Part shown: positions 34,250 through 48,500 of the stretch, piece by piece
Layout: the number at the start of each line of letters is the position of its first letter
How positions within the stretch are numbered: the stretch's first letter is position 1
Assembly (NCBI RefSeq): GCF_009914755.1
Contig: NC_060926.1
Strand: one strand, 5' to 3'
Origin: the human T2T-CHM13v2.0 reference genome, Homo sapiens
Length of the DNA stretch: 64,000 nt
Program-made: the position numbers and the translations under genes
The notes under the pieces: model-generated
Told to the model about the DNA's origin: nothing
Database searches by the model: none
Seen by the model: only the letters and a program-made list of their open reading frames with translations

Positions 34250-34771
34250 TGAATGAGAGGAGTTTGGCAGGACTGGTTTCCCAAGACCACAAGACCCTGT
34301 AAGACCCTGCTGATAAGACAGGATGTGGTAGAAAGGCCAACCCAAACCAGCCAAAACCATGATGGTGACAGAAGAGACCTCTGGTTACCTTTGCTGCCCA
34401 TTCTATGGTAATTATAATACATTAGCACGCTAAAAGAAACTTCTACAGCACCATGATAGTTTACAACTGCCATAGCAACTTTCAGAAGTTACCCTGTATG
34501 GTCTAAAAGGTCCAGACCTCCCCACTTCTTTCCTGGAAAACTCATGAATAAGCCACCTCTTGTTTAGCGTATAGTCAAGAAGCAACCATAAATATAGCCA
34601 GTCAGCAGCCCATCAGGGCTACTCTTCCTATGGGGTAGCCATTCTTTTATTCCTTTACTTTCTTAATGAACTTGCTTTCACTTTATTCTGTCAGCATGCT
34701 CTTGAATTCTTTCCTGAACCCACTTGACCTCTTGGGCTGAGCCTTAACCTTGGGGTACTTTTGCCTATAAC
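34250..34771 (+). mobile_element. MER41-family (ERV1) solo LTR
   Basis: accatgatagtttacaactgccatagcaac...gaagttaccctgtatggtctaaaagg...ttcctggaaaactcatgaataa...cctatggggtagccattcttttattcc...taaca; MER41 hallmarks. Confidence 0.78.
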
Positions 34772-35117
34772 AAACATACAAAGATAAGTTTGGCTGGGCG
34801 CAGTGGCTCATGCCTGTAATCCCAGGACTTTGGGAGGCTGAGGATGGTGGATCGCTTGAGCCAAGGAATTTGAGGCCACCTTGGGCAACACGGCAAAACC
34901 CTGTCTCTACTAAAAATACAAAAATTAGCTGGGTATGGTAGCATGCGCCTGTAGTACCAGCTACTCGGAAGGCTGAGGTGGGAGGATCACTTGAGCCCGG
35001 GAGGTGGAGGTTTCAGTGAGCTGAGATTGTGCCACTGTACTCCAGCCTGGGGAACAGAGTGAGACCCTGTCTCAAAATAAAAATAAATTTGAGGTGTATT
35101 GCCATCTTAACGGAAGT

Positions 35118-35908
35118 TGTTACTGGTGGACGGTATCCAAGTTACTGGTGGTAAATCTGCAGCAACCTCAATTCTTTCCTCCTCAGAAGAAAGAATTTGA
35201 CTGAGGGGCATAAGGCAGAAGGAGGGACCGAGGCAAGTTTCAGAGCAACAGTGAAAGTTTATTACGCTTTAGGCTGGGCACAGTGGCTCATGCCTGTAAT
35301 CCCAGCATTTTGGGAGGCTGAGGCAGGTGGATTACTTGAGGTCAGTAGTTCGAGACCAGCCTGGCCATCATGATGATGAAACCTCGTCTCTACTAAAAAT
35401 AGAAAAATCAGCTGGGCATGGTGGTCCATGCCTCTAATCCCAGCTACTCGGGAGGCTGAGGCAGGCGAATCAGTTGAACCTGGGAGGCGGAGGTTGCAGT
35501 GAGCCAAGAAAGTTTATTAAGCTTTAGAACAGTAAGGAAAGGAAAGAAAAGAAGGAAAGTATAACTTGGAAGAGGGCCAAGCAGGTGACCTGAGAAACCA
35601 GGTGCAGGGCTTGCCCTCTTGACTTGGGGTTTTATATGCTGGCATACTTCCGGGATCTTGTGTTACTTTTCCCCACTCCTGAGATCTTTTTGAGAAGCTG
35701 ATGATCAGTCTCAGGTGTTTTCTATTGCGGGGGGGGGGGGGGCGGGCGGGGGAGCTGCCTGTCCCTGGCACCACCTGTGACCAATTATTACTTTACAGAA
35801 ACATTTAACAACCGCCTGACCATCACCTGATGGTTGCCCAACACTCTTGGTGTGTGTCGGGGGAGCCCTCTCCTGCCTTGCTCAGACCTGAATGTACCCA
35901 TTGTAACA
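35118..35908 (-). mobile_element. MER50/MER83-like (ERV1, MER4 group) LTR containing an Alu
   Basis: tgttactggtgg...ctgcagcaacctcaattc...gaggggcataaggcagaagg...ttggaagagggccaagc...cattgtaaca. Confidence 0.7.
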
Positions 35909-36114
35909 AACCCCTTCTTTGTATACTTTGATATGGTGACATTTCTTGTCACTTGCCTCATTGTGAATTTTTATAGATGTGGCTAAGTCATATGCTTCCT
36001 TCTGAAAAATTATGTCAAATACTAGCAGTTTCTCACTGTTTTTTGCCCTAGAAACAACAAACTAACCTTGAAGTGAAAGGCCTTTCTGCGTTTATCTTAC
36101 CTTTTTTGAGCAGC

Positions 36115-36120
36115 ATTAAA
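36115..36120 (+). terminator. Candidate distal poly(A) signal of a long CFLAR 3' UTR
   Basis: ATTAAA at the end of a unique, U-rich stretch (35910-36130); consistent with my unverified recollection of a >10 kb CFLAR-L 3' UTR. Confidence 0.4.
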
Positions 36121-36129
36121 ACTGTTTTA

Positions 36130-36465
<336 letters not shown>

Positions 36466-36593
36466 TTAAATTTATTGATATATAAAATATGTATTTTAAA
36501 TTTATATACTATACAATCTGTTATATAAAATTATTTTTATAATATATTTATATAATATATTTTAAATTTAAATATATTTATAAATATATATAA

Positions 36594-36848
<255 letters not shown>

Positions 36849-37381
36849 TAACCTCAGGTGATCCGCCTGCATCAGCCTCCCAAAGTGCTGGGATTACAGG
36901 CATGAGCCACCACACCCAGCCTACATTACTCAATTTAACCACGTCCACCTAGTTCCCTAGACAAACTATTGCTAATTTAACTTTTAGGAACTACTGCCAT
37001 CTTGCGGAACTTTGAGGTTTTGCCACCCCAGAATTTCCTAGCTGCTCTGTTCTTCTATTATGTGGCATAGCAAACACAAAATGGGTCACTTTTTTTCTTT
37101 GGAGATGGGATCTTTCTATGTTGCCCAGGCTGGTCTCCAACTCCTAGGCTCAAGTGATCTTCCTACCTCAGCCTCCTCAATAGCTGGTACTATAGGAGAC
37201 AGCACCACACTGCCCGGGCCTGGTTGCATTTTACTTGTCTAGCTATCGTCTCTTTCCTGTTGACTATCTGGAAATCTCTGATGGGGTCTTTAACAGAAAA
37301 AGTCTACTCCTTCAGACCTTAGTTTCATGCCATATACCACATATGACAGGTCTGGGAAGGTCTGGAATGTGTGGATAAAGG

Positions 37382-38934
37382 CGATGGCAGTGGCTGCTGC
37401 CATCATGCTGGCTGCAGCAGGGAGGCATGGCTCTGGGTGCACACTCCACGGAGCTGGTGGGTGCCCCCCACCTTCTGAGTTGGAGCGGGAGCTCCTCGGG
37501 TGCTGCTGCAGCTGCCCAAACCCAGCCACCCAGACTGCGGCTGTGGATCTGAGCCCCCCTGTGCTCTTGGAGGAGGGCTGGGAGCAGGCAGGATCTGCCT
37601 TCCTGGGTGCAGAGACCAGCTTGGTCACGGACACCCTAACCCAGTGGTGCTAGAGGAATTAGACACACATACAGAAATATAGAGTGTGGAGTGGGAAATC
37701 AGGGGGCTGACAGCCTTTAGAGCTGACAGCTCCGAACAGAGAGTTACCCACATATTTATTGACATCAAGCCAGTGATAAGCATTGTTTCTATAGATTATA
37801 GATTAATTAAAAGTATCCCTTATGGGAAACAAAGGGATGGGCCGAAACAAAGGGATGGGTTCTGGCTAGTTATCTGCAGCAGGAACATATCCTTAAGGCA
37901 CATATCACTCATGCTATTGTTTGTGGTTTAGGAATGCCTTTTTGCAGTTTTCCGCCCTGGGTGGGCCAGGTGTTCCTTGCCCTCATTCCGGTAAAACAAC
38001 AGCCTTCAGCGTGGCCATCATGGCCATCAAGAACATGTCACAGTGCTGCAGAGATTTTGTTTATGGCCAGTTTTCGGGTCAGTTTATGGCCAGATTTGGG
38101 GGACTGTTCCCAACACCAGGGTGTGGCTGCAGCCACCCTCCTAGGTGCAGGACCTGGGCATCTCTGCAGCCTGCACCCTGGGGGCCCCAGGAAGGACCCC
38201 CTCCCACCCCATCCCGCAGGCTTGGGGGTGTCTGCTCCCGCTGCCTGGCCTCTCTTCACTCCTGGCACCTTCTCCAATCTTGAAGTGGGGTTGGGGCCAA
38301 GTCCTGGGGCCTTGAATGGCAATGGGAGGCAGAAGGGGGCAGGTCCCCAGTAAGGTCCTGCCTTCAGGCCAGGGAGGGCCTGAAGGCTGGGGGTGGGGCT
38401 GCCAGTCCTGTGGATTGTAGTAGGGACTCATGGTGCCTCTTCTGGGTGCCCGTGGACAAATTGGCAGCCACTTCCTCCTCTCTGAGGTCCATAAAAGCCC
38501 TGGGCTCAGCCAGAGCAGGGCAGAGGATGGCCAGAGGACAAAGAGGGCAGAGAGGTGGTGGGATGACCAGCTGCAGAGAGGAGTACTCTCTGCTGATAGC
38601 TGGAGACAATGGGATGGCTGGCTGCAGAGAAGAGCTACCTTCTCCACTGAGAGCTGCAGAGACAACCTGCCAGCAGAGAGAAGCCACCCTTTCCAGGGCC
38701 TCCTCTCCACTGAGAACTGAGCACTGGACAGATGACCTGCCTACAGAGAGGAGCTACCCACTGTGGGCCTCCTCTGAGCTGTTCTAGCACTAAATAAAGC
38801 TCTTCTTCATCTTGTTCACCCTTCACTTGTCTGTGTACCTCATTCTTCCTGGACGCAGGCCAGAACTCGGGCAAAGGTGCTGCAGTCAGAGAGGTTTCCA
38901 GCCAGAAAATTGATACCCCAAAGATCCCGTAACA
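37382..38934 (+). mobile_element. MER52-like (ERV1) solo LTR with a nested MER9
   Basis: (t/c)gatggcagtggctgctgccatc...agatcccgtaaca; internal AATAAA near 38793; 4-bp TSD AAGG at 37378-81 and 38935-38. Confidence 0.8.
37608..38115 (-). mobile_element. MER9 (HERV-K HML-3) solo LTR
   Basis: tgcagagaccagcttggtc...ccctaacccagtggtgctagagg...gactgttcccaaca; 6-bp TSD CC(T/A)GGG. Confidence 0.85.
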
Positions 38935-39070
38935 AAGGTATGGAGCAAAGTGGGGGTAAGGAAGTCTTGGAGGTTGGGGGTGTCAAATCTAGAAGACTTG
39001 CTACTTCAAGACCTTCTGAGGACCCTCATAGGTTGGGGTGGAGGTTTCAGTGCTCTGAGCTCTTCTCTAG

Positions 39071-39244
<174 letters not shown>

Positions 39245-40663
39245 TGAGTATCTGGGATTACAGGCATGTGCCACCATGCCCGGCTAATTTTGTATTTTTA
39301 GTAGAGATGGGGTTTCTCCATGTTGGTCAGGCTGGTCTCAAACTCCCGACCTCAGGTGATTCACCCACCTCGGCCTCACAAAGTGCTGAGATGACAGGTG
39401 TGAGCCACCGTGCCCAGCCAGGAGTCATTACCCTTTAGTCTACCCAGACAGAGGGTGGGGAACTTGGACCACAGATTGTATGTCAAGGAAAGCCAACCAC
39501 TGCTACCACTACCCCCTACTAATGTGGAACTAAAGCAGTAGTTGACATCCACCTCTACAAAAGGCCATGAAGGTTTTGATTGGCCCTTCACGTGCACTCA
39601 GTAGACTGCAACCAATCAGGAAAGAGATTGTAAGACGTGTTTATTCTACCACCATCAACATGCCCTCAGTAACTGTGTGTAGGAGGAAGTAGAAAATGCT
39701 GAGTACAAATATCTGCACTGCACGCCATCTCCCCTCTGTAACCTGATTCAAATGTTTCCCTGGAGCAGTAGGATAAAAGTTACAGTTTTACTTCCTGGGT
39801 CTTTATTCTACCTTTACCTTCCAGACCTAGATCAAATACTTCCTCCTCCAAGGAATGTCTGACTGATTGTCCCTTCTTAAAGCCCCTGTGGCACCAAAGT
39901 GAAGCCTCACTGTGGCATCACCACCCCCTGCCCGCAGTTACAGATGCTACACGATGTCATACTGAGATTCGGGCAATGGTAGCCCGGGGATCAAGAGCAA
40001 GGGGTTCGGAGTCAGAGAGACCCACGTTTGAGCCCTGAATTCTTGCTCATAGCTTTGGGATGGTGGCAAGATTCCTTGCCTCTCTGAATCTGGGTTTCCT
40101 CATCTATTGAATGTGGATAATAATGCCAGCTAAGGCTGGGAGTTGTTATGAGTTCATCAGAGAAGTTTAGAAATGGTAGTACCGGTCGCCATAGTTACTA
40201 TGGAAAGCAGGTCACTTTGCTTTCCAATTGTGCCCAATTCAGGGCTTTGAATTGCCTGCTAAATATTTAATATTATTGAATCAAAGTTGAAAGAGTTAAT
40301 ATACTTTATGAACAGAGTGAGAGAAAGTGATAGTTTCAATAAGTTGCCTCCCTAAATGGCCCAATAAATTTAATATTTATAATAAAACAACTAAATAGAA
40401 GACCAAGACTTACGGCTTGTCTTTCTTCCTTTTTAAGTTATTTTCCAGAAAATAATATTTATATTTTAAGTTAAAGTAACTGCAAATTGGAAACCACAGG
40501 GGGAGCCCCAGGCTGGGACAAATAATGACTAGCCTGGTCCCAACAGAACAGGCAAAGAAGGTGGTCCCTACACTCTTTATGGTCAGTTGGGGCCCCCTCC
40601 TCACTCTGCTGCAGCATTCTAGGGTCAGGGCCCCACCTTCCCTGGAACTGGGGTAGTGAGTAA

Positions 40664-40879
<216 letters not shown>

Positions 40880-41479
40880 TAGTTGAGATGTGGTTTCACC
40901 ATGATGGCCAGGCTGGTCTTGAACTCCTGACCTCAAGCAATCTGCCCACCTCAGCCTCCCAAAGTGCTGGGATTACAGGTGTGAGCCACTGTGCCTGGCC
41001 AGGACTTGTCTTTTTCTTTTCTTTTTTTTTTTGAGAAGGAGTCTTGCTCTGTAGCCCAGGCTGGAGTGTGATGGCGTGATATCCGCTCACCGCAACCTCC
41101 ACCTCCTGCCTTCAAGCGATTATCCTGCCTCAACCTCCCGAGCAGCTAGGATTACAGGTGTGTGCCACCACGCCCAGCTAATTTTTTGTATTTGTAGTAG
41201 AGACAGCGTTTCACCATCTTGGCCAAGCTGGTCTCGTGATCCGCCTGCCTCAGCCTCCCAAAGTGCTGGGATTACAGGCGGGAGCCACTGCACCTGGCCC
41301 CAGGACTTGTCTTTCTTAAGCACAGAAGTTCTCTGAATGATGCCTAGGACATGGAAAGGACATTTTAATACATTTGCTAATCAAAGCATCATAAATCTTG
41401 CTTTTTTTCCCCATAGATAAAACATCTTTCTAAGACTCTGTACCTCTTTCCAGAGTGCTGCACATTTGAGTTAGCTTAA

Positions 41480-41710
41480 TTATAGTGTAGTGACTTTGAT
41501 CCAAACTTGCTGGTTTAAATCTTGGCTCTTCCAGCCGCTCACTGTGTGACCTTGGGCAAATTAATTAACCTTTCTGTGCCTTAGTTTTCACATGTTAAAG
41601 CAGCAGTCATAGTAATAGTATTTATCTTACAGTGTTGTTGGGATGGTGAAATGAGTAAATATTTGTAAATGCCCTGGCACATGGTAGTTGCAATATTAGT
41701 GTGCAGTATT
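41480..41710 (+). mobile_element. MIR SINE
   Basis: MIR core ctgtgtgaccttgggcaaattaattaacctttctgtgccttagttttc. Confidence 0.75.
41503..41527 (+). promoter_or_regulatory. p53 response element candidate ~1.1 kb upstream of CASP10
   Basis: AAACTTGCTG gttta AATCTTGGCT: two near-consensus RRRCWWGYYY half-sites with a 5-bp spacer; CASP10 is a reported p53 target. Confidence 0.55.
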
Positions 41711-42279
41711 GTTTTTATGATTAGAAATAATGTCTTCAAAGTCTCACTTTCCTGCTGGTTTGAATGTGCTGTGAGAACACATACTGTCAGTTTTGCCTAC
41801 CACAAATTTGTTGAGTCTCTTGCAGGTACCTCCAAATGGGCTTGTAATTCACCATCCCCACTTTTCTTTTTTTTTTCCTTTCTTTTTCTTTTTATTTCTT
41901 AATTTCTCCCACAAAGACTGAAAGTGAATCCCCACTTTTCTTTTATCTTTTAAAAATTTTATTTGTGGGCCGGGCACGGTGGCTCCATGCCTGTAATCCC
42001 AGCACTTTGGGAGGCCAAGGAGGGTGGATCACAAGCTCAGGAGTTCGAGACCAGCCTGGCCAACATGGTGAAACCTCGTCTCTACTAAAAATACAAAAAA
42101 TTAGCCGGGCGTGGTGGCGCATGCTTGTAATCCCAGCTACTCGGGAGGTTGAGGCAGGAGAATCACTTGAACACAGGAGGCAGAGGTTGCGGTAAGTGGA
42201 GATCGCTCCATTGTTTATTTGCATGTGGACATAAGAAAGGGTTAACATGGCCGACAACTATTTCATGAGCTTTTTGGCT

Positions 42280-42605
42280 TTATTTGAAAAGTGAAGTGTG
42301 TTTGGGGAAGGAGTTGGTTAGGAAAACAGATGCTTCCCTTTTTGACTTACCAAGGAAATGGAGATCCAAAGGAAAGCCTGAAGCACTTTGTGGCTTCCAC
42401 GGGTTCGTTTCTAGGAAGCTTTTGCTTTACCTGGGGAAACCCCAAGCTCTACAGTGAGAAAGTTGTAAATTAGCCTTTAGGAGACGCTGTTTGTCAAAGT
42501 TATCTTAACCCTGGAAAAGGGGAGGGAAAAAGGCAGATAAGCAGTGATGACATCAGCAGGAAACTAGTATCAGGCTACCCAGTCCTGAAGATTCAGTTTT
42601 CACTT
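42280..42605 (+). promoter_or_regulatory. CASP10: CASP10 proximal promoter (no CpG island, no clear TATA)
   Basis: IRF-E-like GAAAAGTGAAGT 42286-97; GAS TTCTAGGAA 42409-17; kB GGGAAACCCC 42434-43; CRE-like TGACATCA 42548-55; ETS CAGGAAA; IRF-like AGTTTTCACTT 42595-605. Confidence 0.65.
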
Positions 42606-42762
42606 AAACAACCAGCAAGTCTTGAAGTCTCTTCCCAAGCAAATGGGAGCTTCTTTGGACCTTGGAGCACACAGAGGATTCTACTTTCTTTAAAACTTTG
42701 TTTTCAGGCAATTTCCCTGAGAACCGTTTACTTCCAGAAGATTGGTGGAGCTTGATCTGAAG
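42590..42762 (+). other. CASP10: CASP10 non-coding first exon (start approximate)
   Basis: Donor GAAG|GTATGT at 42762/3. Splicing to 45221 gives ...ctgaagGCTGGCCATG, matching my recollection of the CASP10 5' UTR. Confidence 0.75.
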
Positions 42763-43615
42763 GTATGTAATTAACAACCCTTCTTACTCCAGAGTCTCAT
42801 GCTTGAATCTTTTCCTTTGCTTCATGGCTTCGTGTTGTAGAAACTTGCAAAAATTTGTCAGCAATGGCACTATTTTTTCTTAGATTTCTTTGTCATGCCT
42901 GGGAAAACAAAAGTTAAAAAATCCGGAAGCCTCCAACATAGCCTTTTACCGGGGCAGAAATATGTTAGCTCACAGAGACAAAGTTTGGTAGACTCACTAA
43001 AACTAGAGATCAGAATTGTCAAGAAACCACAAGGCAAATGCTAGATGCGGTAGAATAGAAAGGTGTCTCCAATAAACCACTCATTTGACCTCAGGGCTAG
43101 TAGCAGGGAAGATCCCCTGGATTATCACATTAAAAATGACATTTTTTTGTTTCTTTTAACACCAAAAGTAATGTGTATGCTCACATATGCATAAAATTTG
43201 AGAAATTCAATTGGAAGCCCAGAAGGAAATTTGTATTATCTATAGTTATGTCACCTCGATATAACCACTGTTTGTTATGGAGGTTTTGATTTTTGCTGTG
43301 TCTTCCTTCCTTTATTTATTTATTTATTTATTTATTTATCTATTTATTTATTTGAGACGGAGTCTCCCTCTTTCACCCTCCAGCACTCAAGCTGGAGTGC
43401 AGTGGCACAATCTTGGCTTACTGCAACTTCCGCCTCCCAGGTTCAAGCAATCCTCCCATCTCAGCTTCCTATGAAGCTGGGACCACAGGCATACACCACC
43501 AAGCCCAGCTAATTTTTGTATTTTTTGTAGAGACGGGGTTTCACCGTGTTGCCCAGGCTTGTCCCGAATTCCTGGCCTCACAGTGATCCACCTGCCTCAG
43601 TCTCCTGAAGTGCTT

Positions 43616-44657
<1,042 letters not shown>

Positions 44658-45227
44658 TGAGGTCTAGGATTATGCCTTCCCTTTCTGTAAGATAAAGGCC
44701 TGCCCTCTTACAGGTAGCAGTCTGAAGTTAAGATGTAACACACATACCTCACGGTACCTTGCTGTCTTTGGGTTGATAGATCATAAGGATAACCCTGCCT
44801 CCCCCAGATTGCTTTGTGTCTAAAACTTAAAGCATAGAGCCAAGTGCTATTTCTGCCACGTGCTGGAAATGAATGTAAGGGCTCCAATCAGGCTACCAGG
44901 CTTGAGAAAAATTGTGCTGTGTCCCTCCATCTTAACTTTCTCTCTCTGGGAACATTTTGATTTGGGAGAAATCAAGGTGAATTGAATTCCAATATAAGCA
45001 CCCTCCAAGTTTCCTAAAAAGTAACTTGCAAGTGTTGGGGAAAAGTTTTCTGGGCTGTTGCTTTTTGAAGTAGCCTCGCCGTAATTTTTATTTTTCAGCA
45101 CTTCTAGGAAAGTCTAATGCCCAGAACGGAGAAGGTTGTGGTGAGGGGAGGGCCTGGGAAGTCAGGGGGCCATATGTCCTCACTCTCTAACTCCCTGCCC
45201 CACCTCTCTGTCCCTTTCAGGCTGGCC

Positions 45228-45574
45228 ATGAAATCTCAAGGTCAACATTGGTATTCCAGTTCAGATAAAAACTGTAAAGTGAGCTTTCGTGAGAAGCTTC
45301 TGATTATTGATTCAAACCTGGGGGTCCAAGATGTGGAGAACCTCAAGTTTCTCTGCATAGGATTGGTCCCCAACAAGAAGCTGGAGAAGTCCAGCTCAGC
45401 CTCGGATGTTTTTGAACATCTCTTGGCAGAGGATCTGCTGAGTGAGGAAGACCCTTTCTTCCTGGCAGAACTCCTCTATATCATACGGCAGAAGAAGCTG
45501 CTGCAGCACCTCAACTGTACCAAAGAGGAAGTGGAGCGACTGCTGCCCACCCGACAAAGGGTTTCTCTGTTTAG
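45228..45574 (+). CDS. CASP10: CASP10 first coding exon (exon starts at 45221), DED1: MKSQGQHWYSS...RQRVSLF(R)
   Basis: ccctttcAG|gctggccATG AAA ... TTT AG|GTGAG; 347 coding nt; DED motifs NLKFLC and FLAELLY. Confidence 0.98.
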
Positions 45575-46112
45575 GTGAGGACGGGTCTGTGGTGGAGATG
45601 GGAGGATCTCCCATCTAGTGTTCATTCTGGCCATTGGGCTTTGAAAGGAAGCTGCAGTTAAGATCTTTTGGTTATCTACCTCCTTGGATGATAAACCAGG
45701 AGATTCTAAACCTCCTTCTCAGCCTCTGATGCTAATGAGATAAGAGTTGGGAGGTCAGCAAAGCTTCAAGACCAAGCCCTGGGCCCAGAGGTGGCTTCCC
45801 TTTGTTTTGCTTCTCACTAGCAGTGAAGCCCACCTCAGTGTGGCAGAGCCCGTGTTTTCCCTGCTTACCAGCGGCTACACGTGCAGATCTTCTCCCTCCT
45901 GGGATCCACTAGTCTGTCTACCTGTTTCCCGGGGTCTTGAGAAGAGAGTAATGCATACTTGGAGTGAAATAAGCAAGATGAAAAAAGAGATGTGTTTCTG
46001 GGGTAGGGAGGGATGTCATTTATGCCATGTCTAGTTATAGAAATTTCTATATTTTTGGGTGGGAATCCAGAAAGGTAAAAACAGGCATTTTGCCCAAAGA
46101 GGTAAAATTTAG

Positions 46113-46364
<252 letters not shown>

Positions 46365-47155
46365 TAGCCTCAAGTGATCCACGCACCTCGGCCTCCCAAA
46401 GTGCTGGGATTATAGGTGTGAGCCACTGTGCCAGGCTGATGACAGTGTTTAAAATTGTTCACTGACATAGTGTCCACATCAGAGAACCTCACGAAGAGGA
46501 GCCTTTGGAGGGTGTTTTATGGTCTCTGCGATTAGAACACATTAAGCCTTAGCGGTGGAACTGGCTTCCAGAACCTGAGTTGCCCTTGAGTCAGTGGAAG
46601 GAATGATGAATTCCAGAAATCCATATTTCCATTCTGCTGGCTAAACATCTGAGGGACAGTCTCTGACACATAGGGGTGTTAGTATGTGGATGAAATCCTC
46701 ACTGTTTCTGGTTGTGGATTATATCTCGAAGCTGGGGTAGTTTTCTTCCCTTTTCAATATACAACCGACTGTACCTTGGCTGGCCTGGGGTCCTATCTAC
46801 CAAGGGCCTGTAAAGTAAGCCTGAATTTCTTGATGGAATCAGGAGATGGGAAGGCATGTCAGAATTGTGTTTTATGCCTTTTTTTTTTTAAATATGCCTT
46901 CTTAGTGTGGTGAAAAACAGCATTAGACTTGGAGTCAGAAGGCCTGCTTCTACCACTTACTGTGTTATCTTTATTTAAACAAGTCACTTAGAAACTGAAA
47001 GTTTTCATTTTTTGAACCTATAAATGGGATTAATAATTGTCTACACATAGAGTTGATCATTCAAATGACAGAAAACATTTATGAAAGCACTTGATTGATT
47101 ATGGTGTCCTCCACAAGTGTAAGGCTTTATTTGTCATTTTGGGTGTGTGTCTTAG

Positions 47156-47249
47156 AAACCTGCTCTACGAACTGTCAGAAGGCATTGACTCAGAGAACTT
47201 AAAGGACATGATCTTCCTTCTGAAAGACTCGCTTCCCAAAACTGAAATG
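47156..47249 (+). CDS. CASP10: CASP10 coding exon, DED2 start: NLLYELSEGIDSENLKDMIFLLKDSLPKTEM
   Basis: gtcttAG|A AAC ... GAA ATG|GTGAG; 94 nt, phase 2/0. Confidence 0.96.
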
Positions 47250-47552
47250 GTGAGTGGGTCATACAGAATGGGTCTGTGTGAGCACTGTCTTAATCAATGA
47301 TTAGAAAGATGCTGGAAAGGGTTTTTAGGGAGATTTATTTTTTATGGGAGACAGTATCATACAATGGTTACGAACATTGGCTTTGGTGCTGGATGAGCCT
47401 AGATTCTGGTCCTGATTCTAATTCTAAACCCATGCTGTGAGGCCAATGATTGAACTTTTCTGAGTCTCTATTTTCTTAGACGTAAAATTGTGGGCAATCG
47501 TATGACTTCCTTCTAGGATTGTTGGGAGAATTAGCTGGAATAATGTTCATGA

Positions 47553-48008
<456 letters not shown>

Positions 48009-48320
48009 TAAAATGTATCTGTTGAAGAATCTCTGGGCGGTTGGCCTGTGGAGTTTCTCACAGGCTGAGTTTTGCTGATTGCACACTCGTGGTGCAGTTT
48101 GGCATGTTCCTCTGTCCTCTGCATTTCCTGCAGACTGGCAGCTGAATCCAGAGGCTTCATCAGACTCAGGTCAGATCCGTTTGGCAAGACTATAGGTAGT
48201 CTTGTTTTTTCATCAGGAGGTACCTGATTTTCTCTCTCTTTTTCTTTGATATTAGCAACTGTTGATGTTCAACCATTTTATATATTGAATTTTGAGGGGT
48301 TGCAAAAATGGAGATATTAG

Positions 48321-48500
<180 letters not shown>

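Noticed and set aside
37290-38874. Dense overlapping ORFs and high GC, suggestive of a gene or CpG island
   Set aside because: Explained by the MER52 and MER9 LTRs; no gag/pol/env motifs seen.
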